NCBI RefSeq assembly: GCF_963921235.1
Contig: NC_086107.1
Coordinates: 108,874,001-108,938,000, forward strand
Length of the DNA stretch: 64,000 nt
Reading direction: 5' to 3'
Source of the DNA: Mobula hypostoma
Lineage: Eukaryota
The position numbers were made by a program, and so were the translations under genes. Positions 38,441-51,022 of the stretch are shown in pieces. Under the pieces are notes generated by a model. The model was not told where the DNA came from, ran no database searches, and was given only the letters and a program-made list of their open reading frames with translations. Numbering within the stretch: position 1 is the stretch's first letter; each line of letters begins with the position of its first letter.

Positions 38441-39779
38441 CAAATGTTTACGATTGTGAGTAGCTCCATTTGAGTCAATGGTTCCCTCTTGCTCTGCCAT
38501 GGTCTCAGGTATAATGTTCTTATTAATCTCATTTTCATTGTCAAGGGTGGCACTTTGTAACAGCTCGTTGAGCTGCTTCCTCTTAGCTCTAGTGATGCAG
38601 GTTCGATCCTGACCTCAGTGCTGCTTATCCAAGGTTGCATCTTCTTCCTGTGACCGGATGAATCATCCCTGGATCATCCAGTTTCTTCAAGCTCCCCAAG
38701 AGTTGTGGGTGTTCAGGGGAGTGATAACTTCGGTCACCTCAACATTGAACTGATTCCACAACCTATGGACTCAATTTCAAGGACTCTACAACTCACATCC
38801 TCAATATTATTTATTACTTTTTTTGTATTTGCAGTTTGCCTTCTTTTGTACATTGACTTTTTGTCTATCTTCGTGTGATAAAGAATCTCACAACATATAT
38901 GTACCTTGATAATAAAGTTACTTTGAACTTTGAAGTTTGATTGGTAGCAATGTTCAGATGATAATTTAAGCACCGGGCTGAGTTAGAAAGATTGGCTGCA
39001 GGCCGAAACAAGGTGGCATGGTCCAAGTCCCAGATGGTATCGAAGTAACTGAACCCGATGTTTGAACGATGATTTAGGGACTGGGCCAGATTGAAAAGCT
39101 CAGGATATCAGGGCCTGGGTGAGGGATAGACAGGTTCACTTTGCTGTTCTGCTCTGCGCTTACCTGAGGGTTTGTGGACAGACTCTCTTTGTGGATTTCA
39201 CTTCAGAACATTATAGGCATCATTTGTTGTTTGCATGACTTGTTGTTTTTTTTTCTCTCTGCACATTGGCTGTTTGTCAGTCTTTTTTTTAAATAGGGCC
39301 TTTTGAGTTCCTTTGTTTTGTGGCTGCTTGCAAGGAGACAAATCTCATGGTTGTATAATGTATACATTGATAATAAATGGATTTTGAACTTTGAGCTTTG
39401 AACTTAATTGGCCAATGTTAATTGGCCCTAGTATGTAGATGAATGGTGGAGTCTGGGGGGAAGTTTATTGGAATCTGAAGACAATAAATAAATTGGGTGG
39501 ATCTGAATGGGTGCTTGATAGTTGACAGCGTATGATGAGCCACTTACTTACGTACTTGGGAGCTTAACTCCCAGTGGAGTATAGGGCCATCGATGACCTC
39601 CCGTCTCCATCATCCTCTGAAGTTGATGGTATGGTTGGAGTTCCTCAACACTTCAGCAATCCACTGCATCCACTGCATGGGGGATTGGCCTATACATCTT
39701 CACCCGAGCCCTGTTGGCCGGCCTTACCCTTTTCCAGCTCTCACGATGAGGATGTAGTGTTGGACTTTAAGAGGTGTAT

Positions 39780-40125
39780 AGATAGATAGATATACTTTAT
39801 TGATCCCGAGGGAAATTAGATTTCATTACAGCCGCACCAACCAAGAATAGAGCATAAATATAGCAATACAAAAACCACAAACAATCAAACAACAAAATGC
39901 AAGCTATGCCAGATGGAAAATAAGTCCAGGACCAGTCTATTGGCTCAGGGTGTCTGACCGTCCACGGGAGGAGCTGCAAGTTCGATGGCCACAGGCAGGA
40001 ACGACCTCCCGTGCCGCCCAGTGTTGTATCTCGGTGGAATATGGCCGGAGTCCAACAGTAAAAAGTTCAATATCCAGTCTGCAAACACGTTCCTCGATCG
40101 TAATATGACCCGGATTGCACCCGGG
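39780..40125 (-). mobile_element. Rex1-like LINE 3' end with (TCTA)n tail
   Basis: The reverse complement ends TTTCCCTCGGGATCAATAAAGTAT(ATCT)n, like the 1-697 element. Confidence 0.65.
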
Positions 40126-40432
40126 TATAATGGGTCAAAGGGCCTTTACTCTGTATTATGTCACTCTGTGATATCTTTATCTTTCATTACCTTAGTCAAA
40201 CCTGACATCACTGAGCTCCACAGCAGGAGCTTCATGTTGGTGTGGTACAGCCACAGAGTTTACCAGTCCTCATTGAGAGAATGAGCTCGACTTTGTACGA
40301 CCTGACGACATGCTAAAGTGCCACACAGCTAGTGAATGAGTTTTAAAGTGTAGCCATTGTGTCTTCCTGGTGTCGTGAGTACAACAAAATGATCTGTAAC
40401 TTTGACTGTTCAATGTCAACTGTCAAGAGGTT

Positions 40433-41010
40433 GTGCTGCAACTTTATAAAACGCCGGTGAGGCCACATCTGGAGTATTGCTTACAGTTCTGGTGGCCCCA
40501 CTGTAGGAAGGATGTTGAGGCTTTGGAGAGGGTGCAGAAGAGGTTTACCAGGATGCTGCCTGGTTTAGAGGGCATGTGCTATCATGAGGGGCTGGACAAA
40601 CTTGGTTTATTTTCTCTGGAGCGTCGGAGACTGAGGGGAGATCTGACCGAGGTTCATTAGATTACGAGAGGCATAGAGTGGACGTGCAGCATCTCTTTCC
40701 CACGGTAGAAATATCTAACACCAGAGGGCATGCACTGAGGATGAGAGGAGAGTTGGTTCAAAGGGGATGTGAAGGATAAGCTTTTTACTCAGAGAATGGT
40801 GGATCCCTGAGATAGTGGGAAAGGCAAATATATTAGAGGTTTTGAAGAGACGTTTAGATAGGCACATGGATGTAAGGAAAATGGCAGAAAATGGACATTG
40901 TGTAGGTAGGAGGGATTGGTTTCTGGTAGCTTTTGATTTACTTTTTAGCTGGTACAGCACAACATTATGGGCCGAAGGGCCTGTTCCTGTGCTGTAGTGT
41001 TCTATGTTGC
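40433..41010 (+). mobile_element. CR1 LINE 3' fragment
   Basis: LQLYKT.VRPHLEYC.QFW.PH.RKDVEALERVQKRFTRMLPGL. Confidence 0.85.
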
Positions 41011-41459
41011 ATATTCTATGACTGTTTATTTATCTCCATTAATGCTGCCTGACCTGTTGAGGTGCTGACCAGGAACGTTAGTTAAGGGATAAATAGTGTC
41101 CCTAAAGACAATTTTTCCTCTCCCTTACACGTCTCAAGAGAGCAGCTCGAGCTGAGGTTAATGCCTGCTCATAAAAATCATCGATGGAAGAATCATTGCA
41201 GTGAAATACTAAAGAAGCAATAAAGAAATTCTGAAGAAGCAGAGGTTGAAAGTAAGAGGCAAAAATGCAGAAGGAAGAGAGGAAACCTTTTCCTACATGG
41301 TCCTTACCATCTGCAGTTGTCAGATGGTGACTCACAGGTGTCGAGGGGGATCTTCAGGGGCGCACAAGGGGAAAATTATCTCCAAAGCCAGGAAAGGGTC
41401 AATCATAAGCACAAAAAGATCCTGTAGGTGCTGGAAATCCAGAGCAACATGCTCAGCAG

Positions 41460-41720
41460 GCGGCAAGGTAACATAGTGGTTAGCACAACACTTTTACAGT
41501 GCCAGAGTCATGGGTTCAGTTCCAGACACTGTCTGTAAGGAATTTGTACGTTCTCCCCGTGACCGTGGGGGTTTCCTCCGGGTGCTCCGGCTTCCTCCCA
41601 CAGTCCAAAGAGCTACCGATTGGCTGGTTAACGGGTCATTGTAAATTGTCCCATGACTGGGTTAGGGTTAAATTGTGGATCGCTGGGCACACCAGCTTGT
41701 AGGGCCGGGGGGCCTATTCA
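41460..41720 (+). mobile_element. HE1-like V-SINE
   Basis: tRNA-like head plus V-domain. Confidence 0.7.
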
Positions 41721-41789
41721 GAATCAGAATCAGGTTTATTATCACTGGCATTTGTTAACTTAGTAGCAGCAGTTCATATTCCATGACTT

Positions 41790-43290
41790 ATCAAGAATCT
41801 ATCAACCTTCACCTTAAGTACACCGAATGACTTGGCTTCCACAGCTGCCTGCAGGCAAAAATTTCTACAGATTCACCACTCTCTGATTAAGGCTAAGGAA
41901 ATTGCTCCTCATCTCTGTTCTATTCTGAGGTGAGCCCTCTGGTCTTAGACTCCTCCACTATAGAAAACATCTTCTCCACGTTCACTCTATCTAGGCCTTT
42001 CAAAGTTTGATAGGTTTCAACGAGATCCCCCCTCATTCTTCTAAACTCCAGTAAGTACAGGCCTAGAGCTATCAAACATTCCTCATATGGTAATCCTTTC
42101 ATTCTCACAATCCTTCTCATGAACCTCCTTTGAACCCTCTCCAATATCAGCATAGATAAGGGGCCCAAAACTGCTCACAATCCGTCGTGTCATGTCTATC
42201 CCTCGAGGTCGAGGGTGATGGTCTTCATTCTGTTGATCTACTTATGGGCTCTCAAGTGGCTTATGAGTCCAATCTTGGCTTTGGAAGTTCTTCTGCATTC
42301 AGGACAGGTAGTTCCAGATGGCTTTGGTTGTTGCTGCCTCTCTTTCCATTTTCTTCTCTTTTCTTCTAATTCTGCACATCTGTTGGCTTCGAAAGTTGCT
42401 GTTCCTTCTCGGATGATGGCTTGCTAGAGTTTCCTGTCCTTGGCATTGGTTTCCCAATTGTTGATGTCGATGTTACATTTCTTCATACTCCAGCAGCACA
42501 CATAAAAATTTGCTGGTGAACGCAGCAGAGGTCTCGGCCCAAAATGTCGACTGTACCTCTTCCTGTAGATGCTGCCTGGCCTGCTGCGTTCACCAGCAAC
42601 TTTTATGTGTGTTGCTTGAAATTCCAGCATCTGCAGATTTCCTCGTGTTTGCACAATACTGCAAGGGAGGCCTCACCAGTATAAAGCCTCAGCATTACAT
42701 CCATGTTTTTATATACTAGTCCTCTTGAAATGAATGCTAGCATTGTAGTAGCCCTCCTCACCACTGACTCAGCCTGCAAGATAACCTTTAAGGAACCCTG
42801 CACAAGGACTCCTAAGTCCATTTGCACCTCAGATTTTTGAATTTTCTCCCCATTTAGAAAATAATCTACACTTTTATTCCTTCCACCAAAGTGCATGACA
42901 ATACACTTCTCGACGCTGTATTCCATCTGCCACTTCTTTGCCCATTCTCCTAATCTGTCTAATTCCTTCTGCAGCTTCCCTGCTTCCTCAACATGACCTG
43001 CCCCTCCACCTACCTTTGTATCGTCTGCAAATGTGGCCGCAAAGCCACAAATTCCATTATCCAAATCATTGGCATAAAATGTAAAAAGAATCAGTCCCAA
43101 CACAGCCCTCTGGGGGACACCACTTGTCCCTGGCACCCAATCAGAAAAGGCTCCCTTTATTCCCACTCTTTGCCCCCACCAATCAACCAACACTCTACCC
43201 ATGCTAGGATCTGTCTTGTCATACCACGGGCTCTCATCTTGCCAAGCAGCCTCATGTGCGGCACTTTGTCAAAGGCCTTCTGAAATTCCA
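41790..43290 (-). mobile_element. CR1 LINE RT fragment, interrupted at 42182-42651 by an RTE 3' end plus a Penelope tail
   Basis: ORF 42603-43202: SGVPQ..VLG..LF..Y.NDL...FADDTK...LQKELDRLGEWAKKWQMEY. Confidence 0.85.
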
Positions 43291-43374
43291 GTTGCACAGT
43301 ATCCACTGATCTTCTTGTCTAGCCTGCTTGTTATTTCCTCAAAGATGCTCGTGGCCTTTCTAGAGACGTGTAGC

Positions 43375-43790
43375 AGAGAGCATCCTTACAAGCTGCATCA
43401 CTGTACGGTACGGAAACCGCACTGCGGCAGACAGGAAGGCTCTGCGCTTGGTAGTCAAAACAGCCCAACATGTCACTGGCACCAGCCGACCCACCATCAA
43501 GGGCATATCCACAGAAAGGTGCCGGAAAAAGGCCAGTAGCATCATAAAGGATCCCACCCAGCCTGCCCGTGCACTGTTTGCCTCACTCCCATCAGGGAGG
43601 AGGCTATATAGCATCCATGCCAGAATCACCAAACACAAAAACAATTACATTCCCCAAGCAGTAAGGATGATCAACACCTCCACCCATTAACTCAGCCGTC
43701 CACTCCCCCCCCATCACTACTTTATCCATTACTGCCTTATGTACAGAAACTCCTGTGCCTAGCATCGCTGTATGTATGCAGGTTATATGT
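43375..43790 (+). mobile_element. Rex1/L2-like LINE 3' fragment
   Basis: VVKTAQH.TG...KASSIIKDPT.P...LF..LPSGRR remnant. Confidence 0.7.
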
Positions 43791-43899
43791 ATATGCATAT
43801 GTATACAATCTTTCTTTTTAAATCTTTTTATTAATTTTTCAAAATTACAAACTCAATAACAAAGTTGGTACTACAATCACTCTCTGTATCTAAGCTATC

Positions 43900-44464
43900 C
43901 AGAACAGTGCAAAAGTCTTAGGCACATATATACAGCTAGGGAGCATAAGACCTTTGCACAGTCCTGTTGCAATTTTATGTACTGCACTGTACTACTACCA
44001 CAAAAAAAAGCAAATTTCAGGACATTTGTGAGTGATGATAAACCTGATTCTGATACGGGTCTCTACTGTGGACTGAGAGTGGGAAGGGGGCAGGGAGAGG
44101 GGAATCATGGCTGGGAAAAGAGGGAAGGGAGAGGGCAGGGGTCAGGAAGCACCAGAGAGACATTCTGTAGTGATCAATAAACCAACTGTTTGAAATCGTA
44201 TGACCTTGCCTGGTGTCTCAGGGCTTGGGGTATGTCTGCACCTGGGCCTGGCACTCCTTCTCTACCACCTGTCCCACACCTTCCCATGGCACTCCACCCT
44301 CGCCATTCCCAATGTCCTTTGCTGTTGCCAGATTTACAGACTTGCTCTCTGCTCCACATTGGCAAATACAGTACTGTGCAAAAGTTTTAGGCGCCTGTCT
44401 GTCTGTCTATCTATCTATCTACCTATCTATATATACCTACACCTAAGACTTTTACACAGTACTG
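43900..44464. mobile_element. Second copy of the MITE-capped composite element
   Basis: Colinear with 24156-24679 across both hairpin caps and the core. Confidence 0.65.
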
Positions 44465-44994
44465 TATTTCTACCCATTGTGTTTTTATATTGTTGAGTTC
44501 TTTATATTAGTGTGTTTTATATGCTGCTTTGATGCCAGAGTAACAATTATTTTGTTCTCCTTTACACTTGTGTACTGGAAATGACATTAAACAATCTTGA
44601 ATGTTGAATTCTTGAACCTAACAGACAACCTTAAAAGTGAATGAGGACTTTTTGTTTAAAATCTTAATGGACTTTCAGAAAGACTCTCTGAGGCAGTCAA
44701 GATAACGTAACTTATGAACCAGATCCCACTTCGTGAACAGTGTGCCAATTAACTTGTAAATGCTGAGTGAAACATTTGTAGTAAATTACTTATTTTATCA
44801 GATCAATAACCAGACATCTCAATAATTCCTGACCCGTGATGAAGGTGAAAGACATTTTATTCTAAACATTCAACAGCACTCATCCTCTTTTTCCGCTTTG
44901 ACCATCGATTGACCACACACAGATGGGCAAAAACTTCAATAGATGGGATGCAATAGCTTTCAATCACTGGAATGCATGTCGTATTCAACCCAAT

Positions 44995-45705
44995 TGCCCC
45001 TCACCTTCATTCAGAGTCCCAACACTCCAACCATGTGAGGCAACACTTCAAATGCATATCTGCTGGGGTCGTCTATTCTGTCCGGTGGTCCCGATGCGGC
45101 CTCCTCGACATTGGTGACACCCATCGTAAATTGGGGGACTGCTTCATCGAGCACCTCCACTCCATCCACCAACAGCGGAACTCCCTGGTGGCCAAACATT
45201 TTGACTCCCCTTCCCATTCCTGTTCCAACAGGTCAGTCAATGGCCTCCTCTTGTGCCAAGATGAGGCCACCCTCAGGGTGGAGGAGCAACACTTTACCTT
45301 CCATCTGGATAGCCTCCAACCTGATGGCATGAATATTGATTTCTCCTCCCCCTCCCCTCTTCCTCTATTCCCCATTCTGCCTTTCACTTTCTCACCTGCC
45401 TATTACTTCCCCCTGGGTCCTCTCCTCCTTCCCTTTCTCTTGTCCATTCCTCTCCTATCAGATTCTTCTCCTGCTCTTGACCTTTCCCACCCACCTGACA
45501 TCATCTACTAATCTATCACCTTCCAGTTAGCTTCCTTCCCCTCCCTCCACCTTTTGAATCTGGCATCTTCCCCTTTCCTTCTCAGTCCTGAAGAAGGGTC
45601 TCGGCCTGAAATATCGACTGGTTATTCATTTCCGCAGATGCTGCCTGACACGCTGAGTTCCTCCAGCATTTTGTGTGTGTTGCTCTGGATATTCAGCATG
45701 CGTAG
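44995..45705 (+). mobile_element. Penelope-like element 3' fragment (diverged GIY-YIG)
   Basis: VRQHFKC.S.GVVYS.RWSRCGLLDIGDT.RKLGDCF.EHL; the tail carries a hammerhead. Confidence 0.82.
45583..45620 (+). ncRNA. Minimal hammerhead motif variant (stem III AUAU, AUC site)
   Basis: CAGTC-CTGAAGA-AGGGTCTCGGCCT-GAAA-TA-TC^GACTG, with a perfect 5-bp stem I. Confidence 0.6.
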
Positions 45706-45866
45706 AGTCTCAAGTTTATGATTTGTTGCTCCATGTGAGGACTTAGACTCCACACAAACTTTCTTCAGTGAATTCCTGGATCTTAACATTCCTGATTCTA
45801 ATAGGAAAAGGTGACTCAAACAGATGATATTGGTTGACCATTTAGGGCTGGAATAAGACGAAGATA

Positions 45867-46152
45867 TGCACTCAATGGCCACTTTATTAGATACACCTGT
45901 ACACCTGCTCACTGAAGTCAATATCTAATCAGTTAATCATACGGCAGCAACTCAATCCATAAAAGCATATCGACTTGGTCAAGAGGTTCAGACCAACATC
46001 CAAATGGTGAAGAAATGTGACTTGAACAGTGGAATAATTGACATGGTTTGAGTATCTCTGAATCTTGAAGAGGATGGGCTACAATGGCAGAAGATCACAG
46101 TGGCCACCTTATGAGACATAGGAGGTACTTAATAAAGTGGACATCGATTGTA
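45867..46152 (+). mobile_element. Tc1-like MITE
   Basis: CACTCAATGGCCACTTTATTAG at one end and AATAAAGTGGAC..GATTGTA at the other; same family as 35642. Confidence 0.7.
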
Positions 46153-46244
46153 TAAAGTTCTGTCCCCTTAGTAAAACAGTCTCACCTACTTTGTCTAGCT
46201 GACTGCAGATATATATTACAATATTAACGCCAGAACAAGCAGGA

Positions 46245-46760
46245 TCACCCAGTGGCCACCCATTTTAATTCCACTTCCCATTCCCATTCCAGTATGTCCA
46301 CCATGGCCTCCTCCACTGTCATGATGAAGCCACACACAGGTTGGAGGAACAACACCTTATATTCCACCTGGGTAGCCTCCAACCTAATGGCATGAACATC
46401 GATTTCTCAAACTTCTGGTAATGCCCCCCCCAAACCATACCCCCCCTTCGCCATTTCCCATCCCCTTTTCCCTCTCTCACCTCATCACCTTCCTCTGGTG
46501 CTCCTCCCCCTTTTTCTTTCTTCCATGGCCTTCCGTCTCTTTTGCCAATCAACTTCCCAGCTATTGACTTCATCCCTCCCCCTCCCGGTTTCACCCGTCA
46601 CCTGGTGTTTCTCTCTCCCCTCCCCCACCTGTTAAATCTGCTCCTCCGCTTTTTTCTCCGGTCCTGCCAAAGGGGTTTAGGCCTGAAACATTGACTGTAC
46701 TTCTTTCCATAGATGCTGCCTGGCCTGCTGAGTTCCTCCAGCATTTTGCGTGTGTTGCAC
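46245..46760 (+). mobile_element. Penelope-like element 3' fragment (degenerate hammerhead)
   Basis: PVATHFNS...LEEQHLIFHLGSLQP.GMNIDFSNF remnant. Confidence 0.78.
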
Positions 46761-47439
46761 TTTCCAAGCCTGCGACCCTGGCCAATGAAGAAAGAACCGT
46801 ACGAGCATCTACAGGCAAGCCTCTGGAAGAACTCAGTGGGTCAGGCAGCATCTGTGGAAGGAGAGGGATAGTCACTATTTCTGCATCAGGAACAGTCTCG
46901 ACCCAAGCTCGAAATCAGGACCTTGTCCCTGGTGGCTCAGCAGCAGACTGGTTAGTGTAACACTTCACAGCCCCAGTGACTCAGTTCAATTCTTGCTGCT
47001 GACTGTAAGGAGTTTGTACATTCTCCCTGTGACCTCCTGGGTTTCCCCTGAGTGCTCTGGCTTCCTCCCACAGTCCACAGCCATACAGATTAGGGTTAGC
47101 GAGTTGCGGGCATGCCACGTTGGCGGCGGAAGATTGGCAACGCCTACGGGCTACCAAGCGCAGCCTCCGCTGATTTGACTTGACACAAAAGACACTTTTC
47201 ACTGCTTCCATGATAAAGCCACACTTCAATCTTTGAAATATCAACTCTCCTTTTGCCTCCACAGCTGCTGCCTGACCCACTGAGTCCCTTCAGCAGTTTG
47301 GAACGTGCTCCAGATTCCAATACCTGCACTTTCTCGTGTCTCCGCCAGCTATGGAGTCTCCACCGCCGACAGGTTCTCCTCCATGTGATACACGCTCCTG
47401 ACCTTGACCTTGGCCACTGCATCAGCAAGGATGGGTCTC

Positions 47440-48055
47440 TCTTCACATTGCTACCATCAGGAAGGAGCCTCAAGAGCCTTAGGTCCCAAAACCACCGGGT
47501 TCAGGAATAGTTATTGCCCTACAACCATCAGGCTCCTGAAGGAGCGTGCATAACTTCACTCACCCCAATACTGAACTGACTCACTTTCAAGGACTCTACA
47601 ACTTAGTCTCAATGTTATTTATCATTATTATTATTTGAGTTTTTTTGTATTTGCAGTTTGACTTCTTTTGCACATTGGTTGTTTGACTGTCTTTGTGCAT
47701 AGTTTTTTTCATTGATTCTATCATGTTTCTGTGTATCTACTGTGAATACCTGCAAGAAAATGAACCTCAGTTTAATATGAGATAAAATATGTATGGGGGC
47801 TGATGTTTCCTGCTGGAACAAGTGGGGGGAGGGGGAGGGTTGATGCTTTTCTGCTGCTTGTGTGCGTGGGGGGGGCGCTTTGGGGTTCGAACTTTTTCTG
47901 TCATTCATTCTTTGGGGTTTTCCTTCTGTTTTGTGGATACCTGTGAAGTGTAAGAATTTCAGGTTGAATACAGTATACGTTCTCTCATATTTAATGGAAC
48001 CATTCAACATATATGCACTTCGATAATAAATTTATTTTTAACTTTGAACTTTGAA
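47440..48055 (+). mobile_element. Rex1/L2-like LINE 3' fragment with a nested short element
   Basis: Shared 3' module and a TTTGAAC tail. 47790-48005 matches 22803-22947 and 59480-59700. Confidence 0.6.
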
Positions 48056-48910
48056 ATCCTGGAATCCTTGCCCCAAACAGCCCTTGAACTGAAGGATCAT
48101 ATCATTTCAAGGAGGTGACTCACTCCTAACACCATTAGTGGCAATAAGGAACAGACATTAATTGCTGGCCTTGCCAGACTGAGAATAAATTAATAAACGC
48201 TGAAACTAAGTCATCTCATTTAATTCCTTTAACTTCAAAGCTCAGCATGGCTCATTGCCCATGGTCAAGGCTGTCATCTCTCCAAAGTCCTCCCTAAGAT
48301 TCCATCTGGGGAAAGCAATGGATCACACTCAGAGCAGCTTCTTGGCACCTCAGCCTGCAGGAGAATTTCTTGGCCTTGGAAAAAGTTGGCATATAAATCG
48401 AGTAGGGGTGTTGAAGAAGAGAAGACCTCAGACTGGGCTTGGGAGATGATTGATGAGTGGAGGGAATAGGGTTTCTGAGGAAAGATTGGGGAACAGAAGG
48501 GGAAATTAGAGAGGGTTTGTAAAGACATTAGAGCACATAGCCCGGCTGGAGAATGATAGACAATAGGTGCAGGAGTAGGCCATTTGGCCCTTCAAGCCAG
48601 CACCGCCATCCACTGTGATCATGGCTGATCATCCACAATCAGTACCCTGTTCCTGCCTTCTCCCCATACCCCTTGACTCCGCTATCTTTAAGAGCCCTAT
48701 CTAACTCTTTCTTGAAAGAATCCAGAGAATTGATGTCCACTGCCTTCTGAGTAAAGATAGTAAAGATGGTTGGACAGAGTGTGCAATCAGTACAGATATG
48801 AAGATCAAACAGAAATAAATTCTGAGGAAGATCAAGGGTGTGAACACTTTAGCACCAAGTCCAGATCCTGAACAATTCCTAAACAGTGACCCAGACTTTT
48901 GGCTGAGACC

Positions 48911-49400
48911 TACATTCATTGGCCACTTTATTAGGTACACCTGTACACCTGCTCGTTACTGCAAATATCTAAGCAGCCAATCATTTGGCAGCAACTCAAT
49001 GCATAAAAGCAAGAGGTTCAGTTGTTGTTCAGACCAAACATCAGCATAGGAAAGAAATGTGATCCAAGTGACTTTGACCATCGAACGGTGCCAGATGGAG
49101 TGGCTTGAGTAACTCAGAAATTGCTGGTCTCCTGAGATTTTCAAATAAAAGAGAAATAAATATCCAGTGAGGGGCAGTTCTGCGGGTGAAAAACAGCTTG
49201 CTAATGACAGAGGTCGGAGGAGAATGGCCATACTGGTTCAAGCTGTAACCCAAATAACCATGTGTACAGCAGTGATGTGCGGAAGAGCATCTCTGAATGT
49301 ACAACATGTCAAACCTTAACTGAATGGCCTACAGCAGCAGGGGACCCCGAAGGTACACTCAGTAGCCAGTTTATTAGGTATAGGAGGTGCCTATTAAAGT
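48911..49400 (+). mobile_element. Tc1-like non-autonomous element
   Basis: GGCCACTTTATTAGGTACACCTGTACACC start and a transposase 5' remnant. Confidence 0.7.
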
Positions 49401-49782
49401 TCTAATTAACTGTCCTCTATCTCGGTGCACAAGACCCAACCACATTCAATACAGATGATCCCCTGGTTACGAAGGGCTCCCATAAGTCAAATTTCTCCTT
49501 AAGCCAGATAAGTTCACTTTCTATACCTACCCATCATTAGCTATAGTTGTTCATTAAATATTTCCCAAAGTACAACCCACAATTAAACTAATAGAATATA
49601 CACTGTATCTAGTCATTAATGAATACTATAAAGTATTTAACTATCATTAATATTACTATCTTGAAGAAAGATTATTTATTGTTAGAGTTACATGCCTCAC
49701 CGCCCAGTAACTCCCGACAGCCCCTGATTTAACCCTAACTTAATTATGGGAGTTTACAATGACCAAATAAACTACTGTCTCT

Positions 49783-49975
49783 GCCAGTGGTGTCATAGAA
49801 TCCACACCCAGACTGAGGAACAGGAGGTTGCGAGTTCGAATCCGGCCAGCTCCTTGCACGCCTTCCACCCGTACTGGGCCAAGCATCGAGTGAGCAACTC
49901 GGCCTCGTAAGGTGGACAAACGCTAAAGAAATGGCAAAGCTGCCGCCCAATACGCCAAACGGCACGGGGAAGAAC
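49783..49975 (+). mobile_element. Second tRNA-derived SINE family, nested in a minus-strand V-SINE
   Basis: B-box GTTCGAATCC. The body CAGCTCCTTGCACG...CTCGGCCTCGTAA...GCTAAAGAAATG is also found on the minus strand at about 62590-62785. Confidence 0.65.
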
Positions 49976-50713
49976 CAAATAACCTCCGAGCCGGCGCGTC
50001 TTTGAACTGGGGAGGAAACTGGAGGACCCAAAGAAAACCCACACTTTCACAGAGAGGGTGAACCGAGACTCAACTCCAAACTGAAGCCCTGAGCTGTAAA
50101 AGGGTCGCTCTAACCACAGCGCGACCGTAGTGCCCATTTTTCCATACATGTTTATCTATGGGAGACGTTGCAGAAGGTTAGATTTTTGTCAGTCAGCTCA
50201 CGAGTAATCCGGGAAGTGCCTGGATTTATCACAATAATACAGTACCAACTAAGTGACAAAGATTACACTGCCTAGTTGATCATTTGGTAAGGATATTAAG
50301 GAGGATTAGTAAAAAAGATAAAGATCTAGAAAATCCCTTGTTTAACATGTGTCTATATTACAGATGGTTTGAACTCAATTGGATAGATTGTGGGGTCACC
50401 TTCCAGAATTTAACCTTGCAATGTTGCAAGTACAGGCCCATGTCAGCAGCAAGGGTCATACTGACATTAGCCCACACACAAAGACGCATGTCTGATGTTT
50501 TACCTGATGTATGTGGCTTCTGAATGTGGTGTTCCTCACACACATGGCTTTTACCACAGTGGTCCTCATAGACTGGATTACCTCTTAGCCAAAGGTCTCT
50601 CTAGACCCAGTTGAGGATATGGCCTTACCTGGGTAGCTGCTAGGAGTACATGGCCTCAACCTTCCTCACACAGAAACAGAGAATCATAGAAAACATACAG
50701 CACTTCTCCAACA

Positions 50714-50976
50714 TTGTATCCCATTTGCCAGTCACCTGTCCAGCTCTTGGCTCCATCCCTCCCCCTCCTGTCTTCTCCTATCATTTTGGATCTCCCCCTC
50801 CCCCTCCCACTTTCAAATCTCTTACTATCTCTTCTTTCAGTTAGTCCTGACGAAGGGTCTCGGCCCGAAACGTCGACTGTACCTCTTCCTATGGATGCTG
50901 CCTGGCCTGTTGTGTTCACCAGCATCTTGTGTGCGTTGCTTGAATTTCCAGCATCTGCAGATTTCCTCGTGTTTGT
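50714..50976 (+). mobile_element. Short Penelope terminal module (no GIY-YIG sequence)
   Basis: Pyrimidine-rich UTR, intact hammerhead and tail; same subfamily as 16743 and 42497. Confidence 0.8.
50842..50879 (+). ncRNA. Minimal hammerhead ribozyme motif (best-preserved copy)
   Basis: TAGTC-CTGACGA-AGGGTCTCGGCCC-GAAA-CG-TC^GACTG. Predicted cleavage is after 50874. Confidence 0.78.
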
Positions 50977-51022
50977 GATTGGAATTTCAAGCACATTTAA
51001 TATCATAGAATAGTTACAGCTC

